Assembly (NCBI GenBank): GCA_951406725.2
Contig: OX597826.1
Coordinates: forward strand, 44,888,001-44,952,000
DNA: 64,000 bases
Direction of reading: 5' to 3'
Origin: Octopus vulgaris
Lineage: Eukaryota
Below the pieces are notes generated by a model that was not told the DNA's origin, ran no database searches, and worked only from the letters and a program-made list of their open reading frames with translations. The translations under genes were made by a program, and so were the position numbers. Of the stretch, positions 39,447 to 52,883 are shown one piece after another. The stretch's first letter is position 1, and every line of letters starts with the position of its first letter.

Positions 39447-40679
39447 ATATATATATATATATGTATGCATATGTATGTATGCAGACACACACATACTCCC
39501 TCATACACGCATATACATATATGTGTGTATATGCATACGTACATGAATGCACAAAGGATGCAAGGAGAAAGAAAATTGCATGCAGCTCATATGAATATGT
39601 GTATAAGTGTTTGTGCGTGCCTGTGTATATATGTATATGAAAATATATTGCAACAGTATATACTGATGTTATATATAAGGTCATGAATGTAAGATATATG
39701 AGATATGGAACAGGAAAAAAGGAATATTATTCAGAAAGCTTTTTTTTTTTTTTTTTTTGTATAATATTTCCAGTATGTTGATGTGTGTATAAATGCCAAC
39801 ATCGGCTCAACATTTCTGTCATAGCAAGCAGGTTTTATTCTGTTCTCGTTTGAAAGGTATTACACAGTCACGTTCAGCAAATGTGTCACTGATTGGCGAT
39901 ATTATTACACTAACTTAACCACATTAAATACATCACCCAAAACTACTTGTACACTAGGGAAATAATTTGGACTTCATATCCATCTTATCTATTTAATCGT
40001 GAAATATAAACCAATTTCCTGTATGCTGTTTAAATACAAACGTAATTCTGTGTGGTCCCCACACAAATGTGAAATAAATATATAAAGAAATATATTTAAT
40101 GGGAAGATGAGAAATTGCATATATCGTGTATAAATCCAGTTTAACTATTTGTTTTTATAAAGCAACCGATGAAAGCCATGTCATAAACAGAACTTCCGAG
40201 AGAGGTTTTGCTACAGGAAGATTGCAGTCAAGGACCCCGGGGGCAGGGCCGTTTTCCTCAAAATTGTAAGGGACATTTTTTTTTCTTTTAGAGAGGATCC
40301 CTAAATAAATATATTCATTTATTCATGCGATGTTTTTCTCTTTTTGTTTTTGCTTTGTTCTCTCTGGGTCCCCCGAAGTAACAGCATTAGAAAGCCTCTC
40401 TTACGAGATATGATCATAGCTGTTATTAAGCATGATTCTTTAACAGTTCTTTTATCAGGCTGTATTTGTTATTTATTCCAATCCGAAAATTTAAAAATAA
40501 GAACTGGCATCTTCTCGAGCTGGCAAGTGAGTCCCTATTTAATCGTTCTATAAACAAGATATAATACAGCTTAATATCACTCAAAGCGTACCCTACCGTC
40601 TTGAAAATGAGGGAAAAGACATATGCATCAGATACTTTTATCTTTTACTATCCTGGTGTAGACTTTGAATGTTTTAGTC

Positions 40680-40859
40680 CAGGGGTCTCCAAAGTGGTCG
40701 ATATCGACCCCTGGAGGCCCATGGGACTATTCAAGGGATCGAAAAATGCACATCTACTTAATAATTATTATTTATTTATTTTCTTGTATATGCCTGGAGT
40801 GATGAGGGGTCATGTATTTCATGAAGGGGTCGATGGTCTAAAACGTTTAAGGATCCCTA
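40680..40859. mobile_element. hAT (Charlie-like) MITE with 8-bp TSD
   Basis: Termini CAGGGGTCTCCAAAGT / ACGTTTAAGGATCCCTA; TTTTAGTC at both 40672-40679 and 40860-40867. Confidence 0.88.
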
Positions 40860-40902
40860 TTTTAGTCAATCGAATCTATCCTAATACTTTTTTTTAATTC
40901 TG

Positions 40903-40946
<44 letters not shown>

Positions 40947-41118
40947 TGTTAATCTCTTCTTCACGAACTGCAAAAGCCAAAAGAGCAAAAGCAAAAGACA
41001 CAGCGGTACTCAACCGGTGAGATAAGCACAAACACAGAAACGTATGCAGACGTGCACATAATTACAGAGGCACGCGTGTGTATGTGCAATGATGCACGTG
41101 CAACAGACTTCAATAAAG

Positions 41119-41348
41119 TAGGCGGCGAGCTGGCAGAAACGTTAGCACGCCGGGTGAAATGCTTAGCAGTATTTCGTCAGCCGTTATGTTCTGAGTTCAA
41201 ATTCCGCCGAGGTCGACTTTGCCTTTCATCCTTTCGGGAGTCGATAAATTAAGTACCAGTTACGCACTGGAGTCGATGTAATCGACTTAATCCTTTTGTC
41301 TGTCCTTGTTTGTCCCCTCTATGTTTAGCCCCTTGTGGACAATAAATA
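41119..41348 (+). mobile_element. Young monomeric SINE S2 with 14-bp TSD
   Basis: GGCGGCGAGCTGGCAGAAACG head, GAGTTCAAATTCC B-box, Meta-like block; AGACTTCAATAAAG at 41105-41118 and 41349-41362. Confidence 0.95.
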
Positions 41349-43239
41349 AGACTTCAATAAAGATTTTTCAACCAAATTCATACAGAAAGTATTATCCAGC
41401 CCTGTGCAACAATAGCAGATATTTTCCCAAGGTGTCATACAGTCGGATTCAATCTATATGTGATTGCACAGCGAGTGAAAACGAAAAGCAGCAAGTCATT
41501 GCTAGAATGGATTTGGTCATCGACCAGGATTGGCCAGGGGTTAAACATCAACAACATCAACAACAATAACGACAACTGCCACCTCTACCGTTATTCTCCT
41601 CATCTTTAGATTATGCAGTATTTTCCAACTTATATCTACCACACATTTTGCTCTGTGGGTAGGGTTCCCAGGTGTCACTCTGAACTTACATTATGCTTCA
41701 CAATATACACTCCGCTTTCTTTTTTTCTTTTCCTAGTACTCATCTCAAATTTCTTCCGAGTTCGTAAAAAGCAGGAGATACTTCAAAGTGTTAAAACATT
41801 CTATTTAATAAATACAGTCACATACAGCATGGATGGCGTTCGTGTTAGTCTGCTATAGGCAAAAGATGCGGATCATTTGCGTGTCCCATGAACGAATTCT
41901 TTCTTTATTTGCCACACTGAGCATAATGAAGAGTGGACAGTACAAGGACAGACAAAACATAGAGAGTTCGTGCTTTCCTTTTTTAAAATTCCGATTAAAA
42001 ATTAATTTCGACCTTCAAAATTTCTATTCAAAATTAATAAAATTATAAATAAATATTTACACATATCACGCGAAAGTTACCTGGGCTCATGGGCCCACCG
42101 CCGTTGACTGATGTTTTCTTCTATTCCGGTTGGATGGTTGAGCTTAGCCGGCTCCATTCATCCTCAAACTTCTCTCCACATTCTGCCATCTTTTACGAAA
42201 GGTGCTCTGCGTCAAGTATCTCTTTTTAAGCCTGATTTTACTTTTAAGGTGGTAGTTAAAGGAACTTGTTGACAAACAACAGCAGTAATTGTATTCACCT
42301 CAATAGACGTCATTGATTGGTTGAAATTGCCCGAAATACGAGTAATTTAACAACAAATAGCTTACAAACTACAGAATTTTCTCAATAACGACAAGAGAAA
42401 AATATGTTTTATGTGACACATTCTACCAGTATACGAAGTTTAAAAGTGTTTAGTTACAAGAAAAATTAGTTTTTAAATCTGCCGGTCAAAGTGAAAAGAT
42501 CCTAATGGAGATTTACATCCTAGTCTTTCTCTGCATGTGTGTGTGTGTGTGTGTGAAAAAGAAGACAGCATGTTTTCCCGGTAATTTTCCTCCGCTCGCT
42601 TGTCTCAACAACAATCTTGATATCTTCAGGATGTGTACACCGACAACAACCGTTGGGCATTCAGTGAGGAATTTTACAGATGTTCGGCAGATATTTCAAA
42701 TAAATGTAAGCTCGTTTCTTAATGTTTGCTCAGTTTGTCAGTAATGAAGCAAAGAATTGGTGCAAATATATTATTGCTTATTAATGATAAATAATTTATT
42801 TCATTTAATTTTTAAATTAAATTTGCTTCTCCCACAATATTTTCTCTGGTAATATTTTCAGACAAAACACTTTCGATATTAATTGTCAATCATCGATACG
42901 TGAACTAATTAGATATATATTAAATATATTACATTAGACAAATAACTGAAACAGAAAGCAAAATTAAATAATTAAAGATGATTAGTGGACAGGCGTACTC
43001 ACGCGGGTGCGGTTAAGAAACAATATTTGAAACCAGGTGGTTTCAGTTTCAGTCGCGCTTCACAGCATGTCGAGTCTTCTTTATCTTTCATCCTTCCAAT
43101 GTCGATAAAATAAATACCAGACAAACTAATGGTGTCCATATGCCCTGCCAAACTTATAAACGAGAAGACACAGCATGGCCGCCGCAACCGATTGGCTGAA
43201 ACTAGTAAAAAAAAAAGAGAATTGAGAAACAGAAATATA

Positions 43240-43436
43240 TGGCGCATGTTTGGCTGTGTGGTAAGAATCTTGCTTCCCAACCGTATGGTTCCGGGTTCAT
43301 TCCTACTGTTGCACTTACGGTTGTCTTTTGCAACAGCCTCAGGACGACCAAAGCCTTGCGAGTGGATTTAGAAGACGGAAACTGATAGAAACCCGTTGTG
43401 TGTATGTATGTGTATATGCATGTGTATATGTATGTG

Positions 43437-43468
<32 letters not shown>

Positions 43469-43750
43469 TGTATGTATGTATGTGTGTGTATATATATATA
43501 TATATATACGCATGTATAAATACATGTGCGTGTGTTTCTTTCAGTCAGTATTTGCTCTCCGCCTCCTAGTTGACAACCTGTGCTGGTGAGTTTACGTCCC
43601 CATAACTGAGCAGCTCGGCAAATGAGACCCACAGATTAAGTACCAGGCTTTCAAAAACTTTTTGGGTTGATGCATTCGACTAAAACTTTTTCAAAGCGTT
43701 GCCCCAGCATGGCCGTAATCTGATGACCGAAAGAAGCAAAAGATAAAAAG
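43240..43750 (+). mobile_element. SINE S1 with internal (TATG)n
   Basis: TGGCTGTGTGGTAAG, CCGGGTTCATTCC, GACGGAAACTGA, CCAGCATGGCCG. Confidence 0.88.
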
Positions 43751-44578
43751 TTAAAGCATATAAATAAATAAACAGAATATGCTCGATAACGTACAGGAAT
43801 GCTGGCGTAGGAATTGATAGCTTTTAGAGCTAAAGATATTGTATTTGATAACAGACCAAGGACTGAAATTCAAAACAATTGATAGCGATCAAATGTTTAA
43901 AATGTCTGAGAGGAGTTTTTGTCAATGAGATTATAATTATTCGGATTAATAACCACATCGTTAGAGATGAAACAGAAATTAATATTTAATAGTTGATATT
44001 AAAAAATATTGTTTCATCTTTAACGATGAGGTTAATAGATTGAAAAATTGTAATCCTATTAATTGATTGTATTATCAAATTACGTTTCGTGGGGATGGGT
44101 TTCCGTTGGCTACTTAACAGATCTTGTCTTGGGGTAGTTCGGAAACTTCATTCTATCAGTTTACTCATATGATTTATTCTTTATCCTCATTATGTTAATT
44201 AGATAAAGGGGTCATAAAACAACATAGCAAAATAACACAGGAAATTACAAATAGAATTTCAAACGCTTTACACTTTACATGCGCCACCCGTATACAGTAA
44301 AGAGAATGCACTTTATTATGATTAGGGTATTTGCGCTAGGCTTTAATGTCATTGGGTGGTTATGTCACAAATAATGAACAAAGTTAACACACTCAAGTTG
44401 GTAAAAATTTTAAGGGCTAGGAACTCGTGTTTTGAATTCTATATTGCTGTTTGTGTCAAAAAATCGAAAAACTTAATGCATACACACACACATATATATA
44501 TGTGTGCGCGCGGGCATGTGTGTTTGTGCGTGTGTGTGTGCGCGTGCGTGTGTGTTTGTATGTATGTGTGTATGTATA

Positions 44579-45276
44579 CAATGTGTATTCCAAAAGTTTT
44601 GAGATTTCATCGAGAGAGACAGTTATTAACTTCAAAATACAAAACATTAATTCCATTCAAAGTAGGCTCCTCTCACTTTTTAATACACTTGTTTTAGCGC
44701 TTCACTCGTTTGGCGAAGGCCTCGTGGAAGTTTTCCAAACTATAGGTATCCAGGACACTTGTTCCAGCCTCCTTTATCTTCGAACCGACTGAGACTGAGA
44801 TGCTATTTCAGCATGGGGAACAGCCAAAAGTAAAAAGAAGCAACGCCTGGACTGTGGGTGGGGGTGAATGATGCATTTGGTACCCATCTCTGCCAAGTAG
44901 TTGACTACCAGGATGAAAATGTGAACTGATTCATTGCACGAATTTTGCAAATATTCAGCTCTTCATGAACGATTCAGTGTACAGTTGTCACACCAACTCC
45001 AATCCGTATGCTTACTGTCTTTGTGGTCGTATGAGAGTTTCAACAAGCGCTGGTGTTCTGACGTCCCGCCCTGTGCAATACAAATTTATTGCATAACAAG
45101 CGTTTAAATTGGCTTCACGTGTCGCTGTTACAGCCATTTCCTTCAATCTGAAATAACTACAGTTGTCAGGTCAACTTATTAAATGTATATTAATGATATA
45201 CTAAAGTTACAATAATCTAGGACAGTTATAACTGCCTCTTCTAAAAAAAGCCTCAAAACTTCAGGAATGCACATCA
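44579..45276 (-). mobile_element. Non-autonomous mariner-type element with TIRs and TA TSD
   Basis: TA|CAATGTGTATTCCAAAAGTTTTGAG ... CTCAAAACTTCAGGAATGCACATCA|TA; minus-strand remnant FHEAFAKRVKR*NKCI..GAYFE matches the mariner C-terminus. Confidence 0.8.
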
Positions 45277-45405
45277 TATACATACATACTTACATACACA
45301 CACACACACACATATATATATACACACATACATACATATACATATATAGATACATGCATACATACAAACATACACATATATATATATATATATTTATGAT
45401 ATACT

Positions 45406-45449
<44 letters not shown>

Positions 45450-45451
<2 letters not shown>

Positions 45452-45860
45452 TTTTACTCGTTTCCGCCATACGGCTTCGGTCATGCTGGAGCTCTACTGT
45501 AGTTTTGCTGATTTCCTCTGTCTAGGATTTTTCACATTACCACTCCTGTATGTGACTTTCGTCCTAGCCTTTGGCTCAATTGGTGTATAAGGGAGTTCGA
45601 TTCTGCTGCCCTCGTCTGTGCAGAGAAAGATGTCTAGTTCCTATTTGAAGACATCTACTTCCACCTTATGCAGGTTTCTTAATTTCTAGTATCGGGGCAT
45701 GGAAGAGCTGTGGGCCTTTCAATCCCAGACTATAGCAGTACTTGATCCTGAGTTTGAGATAGTGTGGACGGTCCCTAGGTACAATATAATGGTGGACAAT
45801 TCCAGCATTTTATAACACTCAATGCCGAAATAAGTACTAGTCTTTTTAGAGTTTTCCACG
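45450..45860 (-). mobile_element. Decayed CR1-like LINE 3' end
   Basis: Minus, frameshifted: KYCYSLGLKGPQLF...LRNLHKVEVDVFK*ELDIFL...AAESNSLIHQ; ends GCTCCAGCATGACCGAAGCC...GAAACGAGTAAAAG. Confidence 0.72.
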
Positions 45861-45931
45861 TAACCATATGTGGATCGTTAGCGATTTCTTCCCTCCGTCT
45901 TCCTTTTCCCTTGGATTTTTCTCCGTCTCCT

Positions 45932-45966
45932 GTTTCTGACGAAGAGCTTTGCTCGAAATGTAAAAC
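45932..45966 (+). ncRNA. Minimal hammerhead motif, family A
   Basis: guuu CUGACGA a gagc uuu gcuc GAAAU GUA aaac; the element (~45870-46075) ends at (TA)n and resembles 7424-7622 and 58970-59155. Confidence 0.68.
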
Positions 45967-46445
45967 TACCTTTCTTTCCTTCCTTGAGCGTGTTCTAATA
46001 CTTTACATGTACCACGTCCTCGCGCCGTTGTTTTTTCCTTGTTATGTTTTTTCTTCCTTTTTGGAGGAATTAACTATATATATATATATATATTCTTAGG
46101 AGTGTATAAAGATAGGTTATTTCCAATGAAGCATTCAACCCAGTTTCTGCGCTACAACCCGATCAGATTGAGACTAATACAGTCATTCTTTGGGTGTAGA
46201 AAATCCTGGTTTCACGACGGTAAAACCGTTGTTTGGGTTTAGAGAAGAGAGAAATATAATCCATAAAATGAGACAAAGAATACTATAACACATCTTTAAA
46301 GACCGGTTACAACGGTTTTTATACCAACTCTGCTTACAACACCAGTTTTAGACATTATAGAGGCATTTCATCCGACTTGCGTCAAAGATGTATGTGAATG
46401 TGTACGTGAACGTTAGAGTGGTTGTCTGTGAGTATATATATATAA

Positions 46446-46482
<37 letters not shown>

Positions 46483-46566
46483 CACACACATATATACAGA
46501 TATATGTGCGTGCACGTGTGTAAGTGTGTGTGTTTGTCGGCATAAGTGTGTGTGTGCGTGTGTATT

Positions 46567-46597
<31 letters not shown>

Positions 46598-46844
46598 GTG
46601 TGTAAAGATTTCAAAGTAGTAAAGGCGTTAATACGCCCAAAATAAATATTAAGAAATTGTTTTGCTAAAATCTACGGCTGACTCAGTCACACGATATTGT
46701 CAAAAGAATGAAAGATTAGAATCGCAGTTGTTGAATAGTTAATAAAAGGTTAGAATATTTTTAGGGTGGAGTTTTAAACTGTAAGGCTTTCAAGTTGTAT
46801 ACGCTTCGAATTTCAGTGACAACGGCAAAGAAGGATGATGGTGA

Positions 46845-47235
46845 GAAGAAGAAGAAAAAGAAGAAGAAGAAGAAGAAGAAGAAGAAGAAGAAGAAGAAGA
46901 AGAAGAAGAAGAAGAAGAAGAAAAAGACGATGATGATAAAGAAGAGGATACGATGTAGAAGAAGGGGGAGTAGGAGGCGAAGAAGAAGAAAGCAATGAGA
47001 AAGAAAGAAAATTAGAGGTAAAGAGGAGAAACGAGTGGGAGTTGAAGTGGAGAAGAAGAAGAAGAAGAAGAAGAAGAAGAAGAAGAAGAAGAAGAAGAAG
47101 AAGAAGAAGAAGAAGAAGAAGAAGAAGAAGAAGAAGAAGAAGAAGACAGAAAAAGGAGATGGAAGAAGACAGAAAAAGGAGATGGAAGAAGAAGAAAGGA
47201 CAAAAGAGGAAGAGGAGAGGGATGCAGAAGAGGCG
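46845..47235. repeat. (AAG)n microsatellites and purine-rich tract
   Basis: Directly visible. Confidence 0.97.
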
Positions 47236-47929
47236 GGAAATGGGTTAATTCATATTAAAAATTTTCTCTTTCGTCCATCATTTTTCAAATTGCAACTGGA
47301 TTTTTAAGGGATGGAAGTGAAAGGAAAGCTACTAAGTGATAGAGATACATAAATGTTAAGAGTGGGGGATAAATGGAGGGTGGGGGGAAAGCAAAGAGAG
47401 AAAAAAAGAAAGGAAGGTAGGAAGGAAGAAGTATAGAAGGTAAATAAGGAGATAAGGTCAAGTATCGAGGCGTTAATTTATCATAAAAACATTGGGAAAG
47501 TTGAGTGCTATTGTTTTGACAAAGTTTGTTGATCCTCATAAATAAAATTAAGATAATGTGGTTTAACAGCGATTCGTAAAGATCGATAAAGTTATAGCTT
47601 TCAAAAGTGATGGATGAATGTAGCAGCGCGAGCTAAGGACTGTTATTATTTTAATTCAGTTGTTCAAATATATTACTTACGAAGAAGGATTAATATTAAT
47701 GATGGTACGATGATAATGATGATGATGATGATTATAAGGATGATAGCGGTTTCAAATTTTCGCTCGCCGCAAGCGAGTTCAGAGAAAGTGGTAAAGCAAT
47801 TACATCGAATCCTAGTACTTAACTGGTAGTTATTTTATCAACTCGGAAAGGATGAAAAGCTCCGCTGCACATTTTAGCCGGTGTGCTAACGATTCTGCCA
47901 GCTCACACCGTTGAAAATAATAATCATCA

Positions 47930-48328
47930 AGGCGGCGAGCTGGCAGAAACGTTAGCACGCCGGGCGAAATGCTTAGCGGTATTTCGTCTGCGTTACGTTG
48001 TGATTTCAAATTCCGCCAAGGTCGACTTTGCCTTTCATCCTTTCGTGGTCGATAAATTAAGTACCAGTTACGCACTGGGGTCGATGTAATCGACTTAATC
48101 CGTTTGTCTGTCCTTGTTTGTCCTCTCTGTGTTTAGCCCCTTGTGGGTAGTAAAGAAATAGGTATTTCGTCTGTCTTTACGTTCTAAGTCCAAATTCCGC
48201 CGATGTCAACTTTGCCTTTCATCCTTTCAGGGGTTGATAAATTAAGTACCATTTGCATACTAGGGTCGAGGTAATCGACTATCCCCCTCCCGCCAAATTT
48301 CGGGCCTTGTGCCTAGTGTAGGAAGGAT
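47930..48328 (+). mobile_element. Dimeric SINE S2 (head-to-head with a degenerate minus copy at 47750-47905)
   Basis: Head plus two Meta-like units plus tail AAATTTCGGGCCTTGTGCCTAG. Confidence 0.93.
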
Positions 48329-48338
48329 TATATATATA

Positions 48339-48895
48339 CTAGCAGTATATCCCGGCGTTGCTCGGGTTTGTTTTTTGAGTTGCGCTTAAAACGGCAGACT
48401 TTGATGTCGCGTTAATAAAGTTTTGACGTAGTTTCAAGCTATGAATAAAAGTATAGTGTGCCGATACTCGAGTTTGCTCTGAATGTGCATTGGATCAGCT
48501 GATCCGTCGTTCGCTCAAAACCAATGACATCACACAAAAAATTCTTTTCGACCCTTTAAAATTGGAATTTTTGAAAAGTAAAAATTTTGCATTATGTAGC
48601 TAGTTATTCTCTTTAAGTGAACATTTTTCTAGTTGAAATACACCGAAAAATGGCGACACAGTAGTAAAAAAATCGTAAAAAATGGATTTTCATAGAAAAA
48701 AACAATTTTTTTATGTAAATAATTTTTGGTCTTAACATGGTCCGATTTGAATTTTTTTTCTGCCGAATGAAGAACAAACCTTCTTCTATCATACTCTCAA
48801 TTCTGGTCAACTTGCGCCGCAGGGTCTCAGAGGAGATAGTGTTAGTTGAAGGCTAGCAAATCTGCCACACACATACACACAGATAACTTCAGCTT

Positions 48896-48900
<5 letters not shown>
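48339..48900 (-). mobile_element. Non-autonomous Helitron
   Basis: Minus 3' end is a CCCGAGCAACGCCGGG hairpin, 8 nt, then CTAG|T; the 5' end TATATATAAAGCTGAAGTTATCTGTGTG lies in (TA)n. Confidence 0.8.
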
Positions 48901-48969
<69 letters not shown>

Positions 48970-48993
48970 GATGTACAATTATCAAGTCGCAAT

Positions 48994-49125
48994 GGTAGGT
49001 AGTCGCAAATTATAACCTAAAGGCAAAATTTAATCGTCTTATCAAAGTCGGTGCAGACTTGCATTCTAGTCACTTTCAGTGACGATTAAATTCTGCCTTT
49101 TGGTTTTAATTCGCATCTATCCACC
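48994..49125. repeat. Imperfect inverted repeat, ~45-bp arms
   Basis: AAAGGCAAAATTTAATCGTC / GACGATTAAATTCTGCCTTT. Confidence 0.8.
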
Positions 49126-49408
49126 TTACTAATTTAATAAATTACACCATACCATTTTACTGAATCAGCTATCGATTTCTGCGATATTTTTTATATGTAC
49201 TAACCAGGATCTCAGGTTACCCATTAGCAACGGCGTAACGTCACCTATGCGGATTAATTCTATCCGAAATCGGCCGTCCGATATTTTGCCCTCGTTTGCT
49301 GTATGAGGTTGACTCCCTTGTCAATAAATAGAAATTGTGCTCTGTTCGTGGCTAAGAGTTCTTTTACTCTTATTTCAAGCAATTTTACTGAAGATTAAAT
49401 TTTATATA

Positions 49409-49462
<54 letters not shown>

Positions 49463-49576
49463 AGATTCAGTTGAATTAGATACTTAAGTCGAAGTACCAA
49501 GTCAGTCCGGTATTATCCGTGCAGCTCGAAGTAAGGTGAATAAAATCAAAATAAGCAACAGGATATCAAGAAGTGA

Positions 49577-49662
49577 TGCAGTACAACCGTTTCAAGCAAC
49601 TCCATTTGATTTAACAATTGAATCATTGCATCAATTTAAATGCAGTGCTATCATCAGCTGCA
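49577..49662 (-). ncRNA. Type I hammerhead ribozyme motif, family B
   Basis: ugcag CUGAUGA u agca...ugcu u GAAAC gguu GUA cugca. Confidence 0.8.
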
Positions 49663-50226
49663 CAAATAAATAGAATTTTAACTAGTTGGACACATTAATA
49701 TAATTTTTCTCAAATACTTTAACAGAACAAGAAGATGGAAGAAATTCATGTTGTCGCTGCTGTAGCTAAGAATAGACTACACTTCCAAGAATGGCATGAA
49801 GCCCACTGGAGTCATAGGGAGTAAAGGATTGTGGTTAATTTCTAATTTATGTGTCTTTGTATCAACTACTAAATTTAAGACTAGATGATTGTGTCTGTTT
49901 AGAATGAAGGGCAAGAGTGTGTTGACAGCTCATGGCTAGGAATGGTCATAAATAATGTCATATGTATACCTTTTCATCAGGGAGGGAAGAAGACATCAGG
50001 AGTGGTAAATTGGATGGTAAAAAACAGTCTAGAAAAGGAGGCTGGGCAGGTGAAGACTCTAAATCCTGATGCTAATAACCAGTTAAAGCTATGACCCCAG
50101 TGGGCTTTATGCCATTCTAGGAAGTGTAGTCTGTTTTTAGATACAATAGCAACAACACGAATTTGTTCCATCTTCTTTGAGAAAAACTATATTAATGTAC
50201 CCAACTGGTTAAAATTCTATTTATTT

Positions 50227-50314
50227 ATGCAGCTGATGATAGCACCGCATTTAAATTGATGTTATGAGTGCATTGTTCAATTAAAAGGCATCGCTTGAAA
50301 TGGTCGTACTGCAT
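50227..50314 (+). ncRNA. Type I hammerhead ribozyme motif, family B
   Basis: augcag CUGAUGA u agc...gcu u GAAAU gguc GUA cugcau. Confidence 0.72.
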
Positions 50315-50380
50315 CACTTCTTGATATCCTGTTGCTTATTTTGATTACGCATACATACATATATATAGATATAAATATAG

Positions 50381-50426
<46 letters not shown>

Positions 50427-50471
50427 TAATATATAGATACGCAGATAGTGTGTATATATATATATATATAC

Positions 50472-50689
50472 TCTTTACTCTTTACTCTTTTACTTGTTTC
50501 AGTCATTTGACTGCGGCCATGCTGGAGCACCGCCTTTAGTCGTGCAAATCAACCCCGAGACTTATTCTTTGTAAGCCCAGTACTTATTCTATCGGTCTCT
50601 TTTGCCGAACCGCTAAGTGACGGGGACGTAAACACACCAGCATCGGTTGTCAAGCAATGCTAGAGGGACAAACACAGACACACAAACAT

Positions 50690-50722
<33 letters not shown>

Positions 50723-50899
50723 TATACATATATACGACAGGCTTCTTTCAGTTTCCGTCTACCAAATCCACTCACAAGGCATCGGTCGGCCCGAGGCTAT
50801 AGCAGAAGACATTTGCCCAAGATGCCACGCAGTTGGACTGAACCCAGAACCATGTGGTTGGTAGGCAAGCTACTTACCACACAGCCACTCCTGCGCCTA
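50472..50899 (-). mobile_element. Young full-length SINE S1
   Basis: Nearly identical to 37124-37530, with a (CTCTTTTA)n tail. Confidence 0.95.
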
Positions 50900-50919
50900 T
50901 ATATATATATAGAGAGAGA

Positions 50920-50958
<39 letters not shown>

Positions 50959-52883
50959 AAAATTAGAGAAATTTTCTAACAGTGGCCAGCATGCATAAAA
51001 TAGTCAACAGACAACATATTCTTCATATAAAATTAGTGTACGGATAGCAAATTATTTTATTTGTTCAATAATGTTCGAAACCTAGGTACAAGTGGTAACT
51101 ATTGGAAATGTTTTTATTTTTCATCCCCTTCGAAATTACTCTTAGCCGTGAAGGTGTCCTCTTAGGGTCACCTCTTTTGTGTATAAATTGTACACTAATT
51201 TTATATGAAAAAATATGTATAGTTGTTTGTATGTATTGATATGTACATGACTATGCACAGTTACATACATGCACATATTTGTAATTATGGAAGAATATAT
51301 CAGGTAAACGACCATAAAGCTTCGAACTTAACGTCTATGCGTAAAAAAACAGGTAGGTTGGGGGGGGGGCGGATACGAACATGAACAGAGGAATGAGAGT
51401 AATTTATTGTAGCCCTTGGGAGAAGACGAGTCCTATGTAAATATTGTATTATTCATTATGGTTTCTGAAACATGGTGTTTTCTAGTGCGCGAAAACATCG
51501 GTAAGGGCGTGATGACTGAGTGTCCAGTTGTATTAAAATACTTTGGAAGTGGGAATCGGAGCTCATAGAGAATTCCTTGCATATGCTTGCATGGTAGACA
51601 TCCCCAAAGACGCCATCTGATCCAGGGTAGAGGCCTCCAGATAATTGCATGAAAATGTGAGCCTAGCCTGTTGATATATGTATGTACAGGCAAGCTAAGT
51701 TTACATACTTGTGTTTGTCTGTGCATTCGTGTGTGTATTAATGTGTGTGCAAAATTGTGTGCGTGTATATATGCTTGTATGTAAATATGTGCGTGTTTGT
51801 GAGTGTGTGTGTGTGTGTGTTTGGTTTTGTGCGTAATGGATATGATGCCTGAGTGTGCATGTTTGTATGTCCATAATTCAGACGACCGTGTATAGAGAGA
51901 AATAATGAGACAGGAAGATGGAAAAGAAAGAAAATGATGATATAAAAGAAGGAATGATTAAAATGAAATAAATTATTCATGTTTTATTGCTGTTTAATCC
52001 CAGATCAGCTGTGATCAAATGACTAGAGATTGTCATCAGATCTACAGCCTCATCTAGTCGAGGACAACACAGCACATTGCGATGCAGTGTGGATAATTGT
52101 AAATAATGCAATGTAATATCCCGCATACTACCATAAATGTTTTATTATGTCTGCAGACTTTGGAACTAATCACAACAAACAGGGTGAAATGAACTTGGAC
52201 AGAACAAAATAACGACCGATCCTCTGTACTGTGTATCCCGTACAATTTTTGAAATGATAACGATATTGATGCTGCTGGTATTGTTTTAGAAATATCTTTT
52301 ATGTTCGTATTTTATTTCTAGAATGAGGTGAAAGAAATGTTGCCTGTAGACTACTATTTCTAATAGACTCCGGGCGTGTTATAAATATTCTACTTTGCTA
52401 ATGGCTGATTGTATATATAAGTGACAGGAACTGCGTAAGCTGAAGTTTACAGCGTTAGTAAATTCTCACCTCATATATTCAGGTGCTCATTCATATTTAA
52501 TATTGTTTGTTTCTTTGTGCAAGTGTGATGCGGGTATGTTTTATGTTTTCTGTGCAGTCTGTGCTTGTAGTTAGTTTACTGCGATTTTCTTATGTAAGTG
52601 ATTGGCGATCGAGACAAGGCTAACGTAATATCTATGATGGATTGAAAAATCTATCAGCGACAACTCCAGACAATATCAATTAAAGCCAAACATCATTGTC
52701 ACAACAAAAACATTACTAACACAAAATACGAGAACCTACCAAGAATAACATAAAAGACCTCTACAATGTTCACAGTCAACTTAGAAGTAACAGAAAATAA
52801 GTGAGAAAAAGTAAAATCAAAATGATGCCCAACCATACTGAGTACAGCACCACATTCGGCCAATTCAAAGAACCATCAACATA

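Larger units (their letters stand above)
49457..50346. mobile_element. PLE-like fold-back element family B: diverged ~270-bp inverted arms (49544-49817 / 50089-50346), each with a hammerhead
   Basis: The arms align as reverse complements; the left end abuts (TA)n; the terminus matches the reverse complement of 61720-61812. Confidence 0.8.

Noticed and set aside
40199-40401. Possible MITE (AGAGAGGTTTTGCTA / TAGAAAGCCTCTCT); similar weak candidates at 42240-42503 and 59185-59370
   Set aside because: Short imperfect TIRs and no TSD seen.
51420-51660. Possible Tc1 transposase remnant (IWRPLPWIRWRLWGCL)
   Set aside because: Only vague resemblance to the WPxxSPDLNP..WG motif, and no TIR was identified.
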